The notes below the pieces were generated by a model, which worked only from the letters and a program-made list of their open reading frames with translations, was not told the origin of the DNA and searched no databases. A program made the position numbers and the translations under genes. A stretch of 55,161 bases of DNA from Thermoplasmata archaeon (GTDB taxonomy: Archaea > Thermoplasmatota > Thermoplasmata > Lutacidiplasmatales > UBA184). Of this stretch, positions 34,693-44,969 are shown in pieces. Position 1 is the stretch's first letter; the number at the start of each line of letters is the position of its first letter. The stretch covers positions 1 to 55,161 of the forward strand of contig JAJYWS010000005.1 of NCBI GenBank assembly GCA_021791335.1, read 5' to 3'.

Positions 34693-35883
34693 TCAGAGGA
34701 CCGACTCGAACTCCTTGGTGATCTCGGGGTACTTGTCGTGGACCGCCTTGAGGATGTTGTGGACGGTCAGCTTCTGCAGCCGGACATCGGCGAGCGCATC
34801 GATCACCTTGTCGAAGGTCGCGTCGGAGAGGGTGCAGAGCTTCTCCTTCGCGAGCCAGTTGCGGAAGAGCTTCTCCTCCAGCTTGGCCCGCCAGCCCTTC
34901 TCATACTTCTGGAAGAACTCCTTCGTCGGGGTGCCGAGGCGGACCGCCTCGGCCGCGACCTCGCCGCAGATCTTCCCGGCGATGCAGCCGTTGGCGATCC
35001 CCCCGCCCGTCAGCGGGTCGATCATCCGGGCGGCGTCCCCGACCAGCATGAGCCCGTCGGTGACGGTCTGGTTGAGGGGCTTCGAGATCGAGACCCCGCC
35101 GCCGACCATGTCGATCTTCTTCCCCTTCGCGTAGGCCGGGTGGGCGGCGATCCACCGGTCGAGGTAGCTCTTCGCCTCGGCCATCCCGTGGATCTTGGAC
35201 AGCTGGACCCCGATGCCGACGTTGGCGAGTCCGTGGTCCTTCGGGAACACCCAGACATAGCCCCCGGGCGCCACCTCCCCGAGGTAGAAGTCGCAGTATC
35301 GGACATCGCAGTCGACCCCGGTCATGCGGTACTGCAGGCAGGAGTCCATGTCCCGGAGCGCGAGGTTGGTCGGGATCCCTCCCCAGCGTCCCACCTGGCT
35401 TTCGAATCCGTCCGCGCCGACCACGACCGAGGCCCGGATCTCGATCGGTTCGCCGAACTGCTTCGCCCGGGCCCCGACGATGCGGCCGTTCTCCCGGATC
35501 AGGCCGGTGGCCGCCGTTTTGAGCTGGATGTCGACGCCGGCGTTGCCGGCGTCGATCGCGAGCGCCTTGTCGAAGCCGTCGCGCTCCACCACATAGCCGA
35601 CCTCGTTGCCGGCGTGCTTCTCGTTGATCTCGAAGACCTTCTCGGAGGGCGAGTAGATCCGGGCCCCCTCGACCTCGAGGTTGATCCACTTGCCGGGGGT
35701 GATGCCGACCTCGGAGAGCCAGCTCTTGCTCATCCCTTCGCCGCAGCGGACCGGGCTTCCGATCTCCTGCCGCTTCTCGATCATCAGGACCCGGGCGCCG
35801 CTCTTGGCCGCCCATTTGGCGGTCATGCTGCCCGCGGGGCCGGCGCCGATCACCAGGACATCCGTGCTGAGATCCTTCGCCAT
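34693..35883 (-). CDS. Digeranylgeranylglycerophospholipid reductase (geranylgeranyl reductase)
   Basis: GAGPAGS, EKRQEIGSPVRCGEG, GADGFES, APGGYVWVFPK, ANVGIG and GDAARMIDPLTGGGI. Confidence 0.93.
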   Translation of the reverse strand: MAKDLSTDVLVIGAGPAGSMTAKWAAKSGARVLMIEKRQEIGSPVRCGEGMSKSWLSEVGITPGKWINLEVEGARIYSPSEKVFEINEKHAGNEVGYVVERDGFDKALAIDAGNAGVDIQLKTAATGLIRENGRIVGARAKQFGEPIEIRASVVVGADGFESQVGRWGGIPTNLALRDMDSCLQYRMTGVDCDVRYCDFYLGEVAPGGYVWVFPKDHGLANVGIGVQLSKIHGMAEAKSYLDRWIAAHPAYAKGKKIDMVGGGVSISKPLNQTVTDGLMLVGDAARMIDPLTGGGIANGCIAGKICGEVAAEAVRLGTPTKEFFQKYEKGWRAKLEEKLFRNWLAKEKLCTLSDATFDKVIDALADVRLQKLTVHNILKAVHDKYPEITKEFESVL

Positions 35884-35896
35884 GGTTCCCTCGAAA

Positions 35897-36091
35897 TCAG
35901 CCGATCTCGATCGCGCCCACCGGGCAGGCCTTCACGCAGATCTCGCACCGGGTGCAGATCTTCTCGTCGAAGGTGATCCGGGTCTCGTCCAGGTAGATGC
36001 AGTTGAGCGGGCAGACCCCGACGCAGGCCCCGCAGTAGATGCACAGTTGTCCGCTGGACTCGATGTGGAGACTACGCTTGTTCGGAGTCAC
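35897..36091 (-). CDS. 2[4Fe-4S] ferredoxin
   Basis: CIYCGACVGVCP and CTRCEICVKACPVGAI; GAGGT Shine-Dalgarno before GTG36091. Confidence 0.92.
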   Translation of the reverse strand: MTPNKRSLHIESSGQLCIYCGACVGVCPLNCIYLDETRITFDEKICTRCEICVKACPVGAIEIG

Positions 36092-36231
36092 CGCCGACCT
36101 CGGTTCGGGAGCAGAGGCCCGGGTCTTAACGCTATCGTGACAGAGCGCGGAGCGCGGTCCCATCGCCCTCCGGCACCGGGGCCGGGGGGGTCGAAGGCGC
36201 CATATATCGAAGCGTCCCGTCTTGGGGAGAG

Positions 36232-37521
36232 ATGGCTCCCCGCACGGAGGTCACCCCCCGCGCCGGATCCCCGGAGCCCCGCGTCGAGCGGGGCGTCCGA
36301 TCCGTCCGCCCCGCGGCCCGTCGGTTCCTGGCCCGGTATCTGCCCCCCGTCCGGTGCACCTGGCTCGCCCTGGTCGCCCTGGCGATCGGTTCGCTCCTGG
36401 ACCTGGGGGGGCTGGGGGTCGGCTCCCTGGTCGTGCTCCCGGTCGTGGCGGTCGCCACCGATCTCGCCTGGTCGCGGATCCGGTTCGAACGGCTCCGGTT
36501 TCCCGACGCGGCCCTGGTGACCGGCCTTCTCCTCGCGCTCCTCTTTCCCCCCACGGTTTCCCTCGCGGCCGCCGGTGCCTGCGTCCTGGCGGCCACCTCG
36601 CTCCGGCACGCGCTCCGGTTCCGCGGTCATCCGTGGTTCAACCCGGCCGCCCTGGGGGTCGTCCTGGGCGCGCTCGTCTTCGGGATCTCGCCGGCCTGGT
36701 GGGTCGGGGTGAGCCCGACCGGGGAGATCGCCCTCGTCGTGATCGGGGTGCTGCTCGCGCTGCGGAGCCCCTCGACCTGGCGGGTTCCGGCCACCTTCTT
36801 CCTGGTCTACGGTGTCGTGGCGGGGCTGGTCCATTTCCTCTTCGGCGGGATCCTCTCGGGGGAGCTGCTGCTGCTCTACACCTTCGACTCGGTCGCCCTC
36901 TTCTTCGGATTCTTCATGGTGGTCGAGCCCCGGACCGCGCCCTCCGACCCGGCGCTGCAGCCGATGTACGCCGGGACGGTGGCCGTGGCCTCGGTCCTGC
37001 TCTCGCTGGTGATGCCGAGCCTCGGCATCCTGGTCGCGCTCCTCTTCGGGAACCTGATCGCGATCGGCCTCCGGCAGGCCGCACCGGACCGCACCGCGGC
37101 GGTCTCGGCCTCCCGCCGGCCCGGCCGCCGGGCGGTGCCGCCCCCCGTCCGCTGGTCGGTGCCCCGGCGGATCGGGGCGACCCTGCTCACCTTCCTGATC
37201 GTGGGGGCGGTCGCGCTCTCCCTCCCGGCCGCGACGGTCACCGCACCGCTGGTCTCGGCGCCGCCGGGCGTCGGCCCGACGACGCCCTCCAGCGGCTGCC
37301 AGACCGACAACCCCTCGATCCCCGCCGCCACCCTTTCGATGCTCCACCAACGGCTCGGCCCCTCGGTGATCCTGAGCTACAATCCGAACACCGGCGCGGT
37401 GGTGTTCTACGATCCGGTGAACCACGTCACCGTGTCCGAGTTCGATCTCTACGAGGACTTCGGCTACGCCGAGTTCAACGGGGACGACTACGCGGTCCAG
37501 GGCTGCGCGCCCCCGGGCTGA
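36232..37521 (+). CDS. Stand-alone RnfD/NqrB-like membrane protein with an extra C-terminal extracytoplasmic domain
   Basis: AALVTGLLLAL, HPWFNPAALG, WWVG and FFGFFMVVEPRTAP; after the last TM a soluble domain bounded by two Cys; CATATAT at 36201-36207 upstream. Confidence 0.75.
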   Translation: MAPRTEVTPRAGSPEPRVERGVRSVRPAARRFLARYLPPVRCTWLALVALAIGSLLDLGGLGVGSLVVLPVVAVATDLAWSRIRFERLRFPDAALVTGLLLALLFPPTVSLAAAGACVLAATSLRHALRFRGHPWFNPAALGVVLGALVFGISPAWWVGVSPTGEIALVVIGVLLALRSPSTWRVPATFFLVYGVVAGLVHFLFGGILSGELLLLYTFDSVALFFGFFMVVEPRTAPSDPALQPMYAGTVAVASVLLSLVMPSLGILVALLFGNLIAIGLRQAAPDRTAAVSASRRPGRRAVPPPVRWSVPRRIGATLLTFLIVGAVALSLPAATVTAPLVSAPPGVGPTTPSSGCQTDNPSIPAATLSMLHQRLGPSVILSYNPNTGAVVFYDPVNHVTVSEFDLYEDFGYAEFNGDDYAVQGCAPPG

Positions 37522-37541
37522 GACGGCCGGAGCTCCGGTCG

Positions 37542-38504
37542 TCAGGCGTGGGGGGTCGGCGGATGCGCCGCGGTCCCGCGCTCGGCGAGGTACCGCTCGA
37601 CATCGAGGGCCGCCATGCACCCCAGGCCGGCGGCGGTGATCGCCTGGCGGTAGCGGTGGTCGTGGACATCGCCGGCCGCAAAGATGCCCTCGACATTGGT
37701 CCGGGTCTGCTCCCGGGTCCGAAGATACCCCTTCTCATCGAGGTCGAGCAGGCCCCGGAAGACCTCGGTCGCCGGGACATGGCCGATCGCGACGAACAGT
37801 CCCTGGACCTGGAGCGTGGTCTCGGCCCCGGTCGCGAGGTGACGGAGCCGCACCCCCTCGACGGACTGCTCCCCGAGGACCTCCGCGACCTCCTCCTCGA
37901 AGCGGAAGGCGATCTTCGGGTTCGAGCGGGCCCGTTCCTGCATGATCCGGCTCGCCCGCAGCTCGCGCCGCCGGTGGACGACGGTCACGCGGGAGGCGAA
38001 GTTGGTCAAGAAGAGGGCCTCCTCCATCGCGGAGTCGCCCCCGCCGACCAGGACCAGCTCCTTGCCCTTGAAGAAGAATCCGTCGCAGGTGGCGCAGGCC
38101 GAGACCCCGTGGCCCCGCAGCCGCTCCTCGGACGGGAGGCCCAGCCAGCGCGCGTTGGCGCCGGTCGCGACGATCACCGCGTCGGCCCTCAGCCGGTGGT
38201 CCGGGCCGGCCTCGAGAAGGAACGGTCGCCCGCGGGCGTCGAGCCGGGTGAGCTGGGCATCGATGAACCGGGTGCCAAACCGGGCCGCCTGGCGGCGCAT
38301 CCGGTCGACAAGTTCGGGCCCCTGGATCCCGTCGGGAAAGCCGGGGAAGTTCTCGACCTCGGTCGTGATCATGAGCTGGCCGCCGGCCGGGACGCCCGAG
38401 ATCACGACCGGCCGAAGCTCGGCCCGGGCGCAGTACAGGGCGGCGGTCAATCCCGCCGGACCGCTGCCGACGATCGCCACGGGGGTCGAAACCTCGGAGG
38501 GCAT
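37542..38504 (-). CDS. trxB: Thioredoxin-disulfide reductase
   Basis: [44 protein letters not shown] and [16 protein letters not shown]. Confidence 0.96.
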   Translation of the reverse strand: MPSEVSTPVAIVGSGPAGLTAALYCARAELRPVVISGVPAGGQLMITTEVENFPGFPDGIQGPELVDRMRRQAARFGTRFIDAQLTRLDARGRPFLLEAGPDHRLRADAVIVATGANARWLGLPSEERLRGHGVSACATCDGFFFKGKELVLVGGGDSAMEEALFLTNFASRVTVVHRRRELRASRIMQERARSNPKIAFRFEEEVAEVLGEQSVEGVRLRHLATGAETTLQVQGLFVAIGHVPATEVFRGLLDLDEKGYLRTREQTRTNVEGIFAAGDVHDHRYRQAITAAGLGCMAALDVERYLAERGTAAHPPTPHA

Positions 38505-38571
38505 GGTCCCGGCCAGTTCGGAGGTATTTAAACCACCTTCTTGCCGCCTCCCGGGGCCGGACCGCCCCTCC

Positions 38572-39111
38572 CTACGGGGAGGGCCGGTCGGCCGGTGCGG
38601 GCGGCAGGATCAACCGGTCCCCGCCGTCCGCCCGCGCGTACGACCGGTGGTAGAAGAGCAGCGGCGCGGCGTCGGTCCCCTCCCGGGCGGCGAGGACCTC
38701 CCCGACGTAGAGCCGATGATCGGCGAGCGGGATCGTCTGGAGGGTCCGGCACTCGATCCAGCCGAGGGCGCCCTCGAGGAGCGCCGCCCCGGTCACTCCG
38801 CGACGGATCGGGACCCCCCGGAACTTCTCCGCCGCGCCGACCCGACGGGCGAACCCCTCGCTCAGTTCCCGCTGCCGGGCGGCGAGGAAGCTGACGGCAA
38901 AGTGGCCGGACGCGTCCAGGAGCGGTACCGTGTCGGCGTCCCGGGCCAGGCTCACGAGCAGCGTCGGGGGGTCCAACGAGATCGAGAGCAGCGCGTTGAC
39001 GGTCATGCCCCCGTCCTGTTCCCCGGACCGGGCGGTCACGACGCTCACCCCCGTCGGCCAGCGGGCCATGAGGCGGCGGAACCCATCGGCGTCGGCTTTC
39101 GGGGCGCTCAC
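38572..39111 (-). CDS. Flavin reductase-like (HpaC/RutF family) protein
   Basis: [33 protein letters not shown] and [13 protein letters not shown] overlap with the permease stop. Confidence 0.9.
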   Translation of the reverse strand: MSAPKADADGFRRLMARWPTGVSVVTARSGEQDGGMTVNALLSISLDPPTLLVSLARDADTVPLLDASGHFAVSFLAARQRELSEGFARRVGAAEKFRGVPIRRGVTGAALLEGALGWIECRTLQTIPLADHRLYVGEVLAAREGTDAAPLLFYHRSYARADGGDRLILPPAPADRPSP

Positions 39112-40216
39112 TCGTCCCTCCAGCGGAAGAGGACGATGGCGAGCACGAAGACGACGACCGACGCGGCCAGGATGACGAGGAGGTCGAGGCCGGCCGCCGT
39201 TAGGTTGCCGAAGAGCATCACCTGGTTCATCCCGTCGATGACGTAGTAGAGCGGGAGCACCCGGGCGACCAGCTGGAGCGCCGGCGGGAACTCGGAGACC
39301 GGAAAGAAGGTCCCGGTGAGGAACATCATCGGGAAGGTGATGATGTTGCCGATCACGGCCGCCGTCTCGGGGGTCCGCGCCGCGGAGCCGGCGACCATGC
39401 CGAGCGCCACGAAGAAGAACGGACCGAGGACGAGGAACGGCAGGATCTCCAGCGAGACCGTCACATGCGCGCCGAAGACCCCGAGCCCGATCCCGAGCAT
39501 GATCGCCGCCGAGAGGAAGGTGAGGAGGATGTACCAGAGGATCCGGGAGGTCAGCCACTCGGCCCGGGTGAGGGGGGTGAGGCTCAGCTGCCGGAACAGC
39601 CCCTCCTTCCGGTACGAGCTGGTCACGTCGACCATCGAGAACATCGGGCTCGTCAGGATCGAGAAACCGATGAGCCCGGGGATCAGGTAGTCGATGTAGG
39701 TGTAGACGTTGCTCCCCACATTCTGATTGGCGATCGAGATCAGCTGGCAGTCCTTGAGCGGCGGGCAGGCGATGGCGAGGTTGAAGGCGTTCGCGACGCC
39801 CTGGACCGCGCCCAGCGCGATCCCGGCCGAACTCGCCGCCTGCGGGTTGGTGAAGAGCGTCACGTGGACCGGTACGCCGTGGCTGTAGTTCGAGGCAAAA
39901 CCCGCCGGCACGACCAGACCGACCGCGTAGCCGTTCTGGCCCAGGTAGGTGGAGAGGTTGCCGACGGAGGCCGGCACGAGTTGGATGCGCACGGCGCTCG
40001 TGTTGTTGAGGGCGCTCAGGAACGCCTGGCTCGCCGGCGACTGGTGGTCGAAGTTCTGGGTGTAGATCGTGACCGGCCCCGCGCTCCCCCCGCTGAAGAT
40101 GAGCCCGAAGAGGAGGATCAGGATCAGCGGGAAGACGAGCGCGAAGAACAACGCGACCGGGTTGCGGAGGTAGCCCCGGGCCGTGATCTTGAGGTCGGCG
40201 GCGATCCGGCGGCCGT

Positions 40217-40220
<4 letters not shown>
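39108..40220 (-). CDS. ABC-2 type exporter permease
   Basis: RNPVALFFALVFP, YIDYLIPGLIG and FPMMFLTGTFFP. Confidence 0.92.
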
Positions 40221-41149
<929 letters not shown>

Positions 41150-41183
41150 GGATGCCCCTCTGGTGCGGCCCTATTTGGGCCTT

Positions 41184-43355
41184 TCAACCCCCGGGCGGTG
41201 CCGGGAGGGGGAATCGTCCGGTCCCTCCCGGCTCCAGGCGGTGCTCCCGCCCGGCCGCACCGAGGCTGAGGGGTCCGGGCCCGGACCAGTCCACCCGCAG
41301 CTCGCCCGGGCTCCAGTCGATCCGGACCCGGCCGGCGCCCACCCGGAGACCCTCCAGGGTGGCGGACGTCCAGGAGGCCGGGAACGACGGGTCGATCGTG
41401 AGCCGGGGTCCCGCCCCCTCGCGCCGGAGCCCCCAGAGCCGCTCGAAGAGGATCGTCAGGAAGGGGGCGATGCTGAAGCCGAGGAGGAAGCAGGAGTTGA
41501 ACGGCTCCGGCCGGTCGCCGCGGTAGCACTCGTGGGCGTAGCCGCCCTCGGCCGCGAACCGGTCGGCGATCGTCCTAAGGGCCTGGAGGCCGCGGTCAAC
41601 GTCACCGGCCGCGAAGGCGGCATCGGCGAGCCAGGCGGTGGCGAGGGTCCAGACCTGCCCCTGATGGTAGACCGCGGGGGCATACGTGGGATCGGTCGAG
41701 GCGAGGGAGCGGACCCCCCAGGGGGTGAGCAGGTCCGGCCGGGCCGCCCGCTCGACCATCCGACGGGCCGCGGGTCCGCGGAGGAGGCCGGCGCTGACCG
41801 CCCGGAGCGCGTTCGGACGGAGCGTCCGGACCGGGTGGCCGGCCCGGAGGCTGTCGGCCAGATACGCCTCCTCCGGCCATCGATACTCCTGTCGGATGGT
41901 CTCGGCGATCCGCTCGAGCTCCGAAGCCGGGATCCGGTCCGGTGAGGCGCCTGGGGCCATCCGGCCCAGGGCGCCCAGGGCCTGGTGCCAGAGGACCTGG
42001 ATGTCGATCGCCTGATCCCGGCGATCCGCCGAATCCCAGATCGTCGTGTCCGGCTGGTCGATCCCGAAGCGGACCCGGGCGACCGCCGAGGTCGCCGCGA
42101 TCAGGTCCTCCACCTCATGGCCGTGGGTCAAGAGCCCGTTCGAGGGGTCCTGGCGGGCGCGCGCCCAGCCGAGGATGCCCTCCAACGCCCGGGCCCAGCC
42201 GTCCGGGACGGTCGGTTCCCCCGAATGGCGCAGGAACTGCTCGACCAGGCCGGGGTAATAGAGGGGGGTGTCGGCGGTCCCGTAGAGCAGGACCGGTCCG
42301 GTCGAGATCTGCATCGGCAGGCTCCCCGTACGGGCGCCGAGCATCGGGAGGTCCCGGCTCGGCTGGAACCGGAAGACCGTGTCGAGCGACGCCCGCACCT
42401 GCTCGAAGTCGCCCATCCACAGGACCGCGGGGATCATCTCGGCGAGATCGCGGCACCAGAGCGACGCATACCAAGGGTAACCGGCCACCAGGCCGGCGAG
42501 CCCCCCGTCCGGCAGGGAATAGAGGGCCCGGAGGGAGCGCCGGGCCTGATCGTAGGCGGTCTCGAGCCAGGGCGCGTCCGCCCACCGCATCCGGGGCGTC
42601 CCGTGCGCCCAGGAGGACCAGAACCGCTCGGAGGCCGACACCGCGCTCCCGGGATCGTCGAGGAGGGGGCGAAGATTCTCCTCCTGACGGCCGAGATCCG
42701 CCGTCCGGCCGCCGCCGATCCAGTACCGGATCTCCACGGGCATCCCGGGATCGACCCAGAGCTGGTGCTCGGTTCCCACCTCGGAGATCGGCCCCTGGTA
42801 ATGCCCGCCGATCCAGGAGGCCCGGTTGAGGTAGCGACGGGCGGGGGCCGGCCGGGTCGCCTCGTAGAGCCCGAACCCGTGTTGGCGCACGAACAGTCCG
42901 TCGGTCCGGGTCTGCGCAGTGAACCGGCCCGGGCGGATCCCTTCCACCATCACCGGGATGAGGTACGGAGCGAACGCGCTCTCCACCCCGATCGCCCGCC
43001 CCGGGCCGGTGGTCGAGAGGTGGATCGTCCGGAGGACGCCCGGCGGATCGGCTACCGCCACGACCCGCTGGGCGACCGAGAGATCGGGAAACTCGGAGAG
43101 CCGGTGCCGGCCGGTCGCCTGATGCGGCTCCCAGCCGAACTCCGTCGCCCCCTCGCCCAACCGTTGCTGGTGCCCCTCGTCCCGGAACGAGAGGCTCCAG
43201 GGCCCGGTGAGCCGGAGGTGCCGGGCGTAGACCCCGCCCCAGTCGCTCACCGCCCCCCGGCTCTCCTGGAGGAGGGTGAGGTCTCCGGAGCCATCGAGCA
43301 GGGCGGCCGACCGCCCCGAGGCGAGGAGGTGGGGGTGGTCCCGGTCGACCGTCAC
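41184..43355 (-). CDS. Amylo-alpha-1,6-glucosidase / glycogen-debranching-like (alpha/alpha)6 glycoside hydrolase
   Basis: AGYPWYASLWCRD, YGTADTPLYY, TIWDS, IDIQVLW, LLTPWGVRSL, YHQGQVW and HECY; GTG overlaps the upstream stop. Confidence 0.8.
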   Translation of the reverse strand: MTVDRDHPHLLASGRSAALLDGSGDLTLLQESRGAVSDWGGVYARHLRLTGPWSLSFRDEGHQQRLGEGATEFGWEPHQATGRHRLSEFPDLSVAQRVVAVADPPGVLRTIHLSTTGPGRAIGVESAFAPYLIPVMVEGIRPGRFTAQTRTDGLFVRQHGFGLYEATRPAPARRYLNRASWIGGHYQGPISEVGTEHQLWVDPGMPVEIRYWIGGGRTADLGRQEENLRPLLDDPGSAVSASERFWSSWAHGTPRMRWADAPWLETAYDQARRSLRALYSLPDGGLAGLVAGYPWYASLWCRDLAEMIPAVLWMGDFEQVRASLDTVFRFQPSRDLPMLGARTGSLPMQISTGPVLLYGTADTPLYYPGLVEQFLRHSGEPTVPDGWARALEGILGWARARQDPSNGLLTHGHEVEDLIAATSAVARVRFGIDQPDTTIWDSADRRDQAIDIQVLWHQALGALGRMAPGASPDRIPASELERIAETIRQEYRWPEEAYLADSLRAGHPVRTLRPNALRAVSAGLLRGPAARRMVERAARPDLLTPWGVRSLASTDPTYAPAVYHQGQVWTLATAWLADAAFAAGDVDRGLQALRTIADRFAAEGGYAHECYRGDRPEPFNSCFLLGFSIAPFLTILFERLWGLRREGAGPRLTIDPSFPASWTSATLEGLRVGAGRVRIDWSPGELRVDWSGPGPLSLGAAGREHRLEPGGTGRFPLPAPPGG

Positions 43356-43852
43356 GCGCCTCCTCCCGGGCCGGCCGGCGGCGGCTCTCGCAGCCTCCCT
43401 TGGAACTCCACCCAGACGAGAGGGGGGATCGCCACGCTGGCGAGTTCGAGCCGGATCTGGACCGGTCGATCGTCCGGGGGATCGACACCCTCGAGCCTCC
43501 ACTGGATCGCCTCTCCCGGCCGCCAGACCAGGGGGGTCGACGGCGTCACCTCGGCGACCGTCCGCCACGACGTCCCCTCCCCGGGCCGGAACCGGATGCG
43601 CTCCGGCGGCACGGCGGTGCCGTTGCACCGGACCGCCACGCCCCCGAACGCGCCGTCCCGCAACGGGGGGTTGAGGAGCTCGAACTCGAGGCCGGCCGCG
43701 CCCCGGACCACCCCCGAGGGCGCGACCACCGACTGCTCGAGCAGTTCGCCGATCTCGGCCAGTGACTCCACGGCGGCCAGCCCGAACTCCCGCTCGATCC
43801 GATAGCCTTCGCGGACCAGGAGGACGAGACCGGACCAGGCTCCGCGCGGCAC
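43352..43852 (-). CDS. Hypothetical beta-rich protein coupled to the glycoside hydrolase (weak DUF6379-like resemblance)
   Basis: FELLNPPLRDGAFGGVAVRCNGTAVPPERIRF; GATAAAG on minus (43876-43882) ~24 nt before GTG43852. Confidence 0.6.
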   Translation of the reverse strand: MPRGAWSGLVLLVREGYRIEREFGLAAVESLAEIGELLEQSVVAPSGVVRGAAGLEFELLNPPLRDGAFGGVAVRCNGTAVPPERIRFRPGEGTSWRTVAEVTPSTPLVWRPGEAIQWRLEGVDPPDDRPVQIRLELASVAIPPLVWVEFQGRLREPPPAGPGGGA

Positions 43853-43933
43853 CGAACCGGGAGACCGGGGCGCGACTTTATCCTTCCCGTCCGGGCGCCG
43901 GGACCGGGGCCGGTTTCGTGGCCCCCGGGCCGC

Positions 43934-43950
43934 TTTGCGCCGGCCGCAAA
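43934..43950. promoter_or_regulatory. Candidate operator TTTGCG-N5-CGCAAA
   Basis: Perfect inverted repeat in a divergent intergenic region, ~19 nt upstream of TTTCATAT (43969-43976). Confidence 0.35.
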
Positions 43951-44027
43951 CGCTCCGGCCATCCGAGATTTCATATCGGCCGAGCCCTCGACCGTTCGCC
44001 GGTCGGGACCGTCCGACGGCGGGATCG

Positions 44028-44954
44028 ATGAGCCGAACGCTGAACGAGGCGCTGCACCGACGTCCGCTCCTCTTCGAACCGGTGCCCCCGATGGCCCGGA
44101 CCTCCCCGGCGCGATCGGCCGAGCAGATCGAGGCGGTGGCCCGGCTGGTCGCCGAGGTCCCCCGGATCGACGCGATCAACCTCCCCGAACTGGTGGATGA
44201 GAACCACGATGGGCGGCCGTACTACCGCACCGTCGATCCCCGGGTCTACGGCCGGGCCCTCGGGGAGCGGACCGGCCGGCCGATCCTGGTCAACAAGGTC
44301 GTCGCCCACCTGGACGGGCCGGACGCCCTGAAGGCGTGGGTCGAGGAGACCGTCGCCTACGGCATCCGCCACGCCGTCCTGGTCGGGGGATCGAGCCGGT
44401 ACATCCCGTACCCGGGCCCGACGGTCGCCGAGGCCAACCGGGTCTGCGCCCCGGCGTTCGCGCGCCATGGGGGCGGGATCGGCAACATCGCGATCCCGCA
44501 GCGGCAGGGGGAGCCGTACCGGATGCTCAGCAAGACCCGGGGCGGGGCCTCCTTCTTCACGACGCAGCTCGTCTTCGGCGCCGGCCCGATCGTCGAGATG
44601 GTGGCCGAGTACGGCCGGCTCTGCCTCCAGGCGATGCTCCGGCCCTCGGCCGTCCTGGTGAGCCTGGCGCCGATCGCCGACGAGATGGACGCCGAGTTCG
44701 TCCGATGGCTCGGCGCCGACATCCCGCTCGCCGCGGAGCGGGAGATCCTCGCCGGCGAGGAGGCCGGTGCCGGGGAGCGCAGCGTCCGGCACGCCCTCGC
44801 CGTCTGGGATGACCTGCGAGCCGGGCTGGAATCCGCGGAGTGCGAGGTCCCGTTGGGGGTCAACGTCGAGCAGATCTCGGTCCGTCACCTGGCGACCGCC
44901 CGTCGGATGGTCGAGGCGTTCGCCGATCGCCTGGGCCCGGCGCCGCCGCCGTAG
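44028..44954 (+). CDS. Mycobacterial-type (non-canonical) methylenetetrahydrofolate reductase
   Basis: LFEPVPP, IDAINLPELVDE, VLVGG, GNIAIPQRQGEPYRMLSKTRGGASFFTTQLVF, FVRWLG and GVNVE resemble the Rv2172c-like MTHFR family. Confidence 0.7.
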   Translation: MSRTLNEALHRRPLLFEPVPPMARTSPARSAEQIEAVARLVAEVPRIDAINLPELVDENHDGRPYYRTVDPRVYGRALGERTGRPILVNKVVAHLDGPDALKAWVEETVAYGIRHAVLVGGSSRYIPYPGPTVAEANRVCAPAFARHGGGIGNIAIPQRQGEPYRMLSKTRGGASFFTTQLVFGAGPIVEMVAEYGRLCLQAMLRPSAVLVSLAPIADEMDAEFVRWLGADIPLAAEREILAGEEAGAGERSVRHALAVWDDLRAGLESAECEVPLGVNVEQISVRHLATARRMVEAFADRLGPAPPP

Positions 44955-44969
44955 CGCCGCCGGTCGGGG

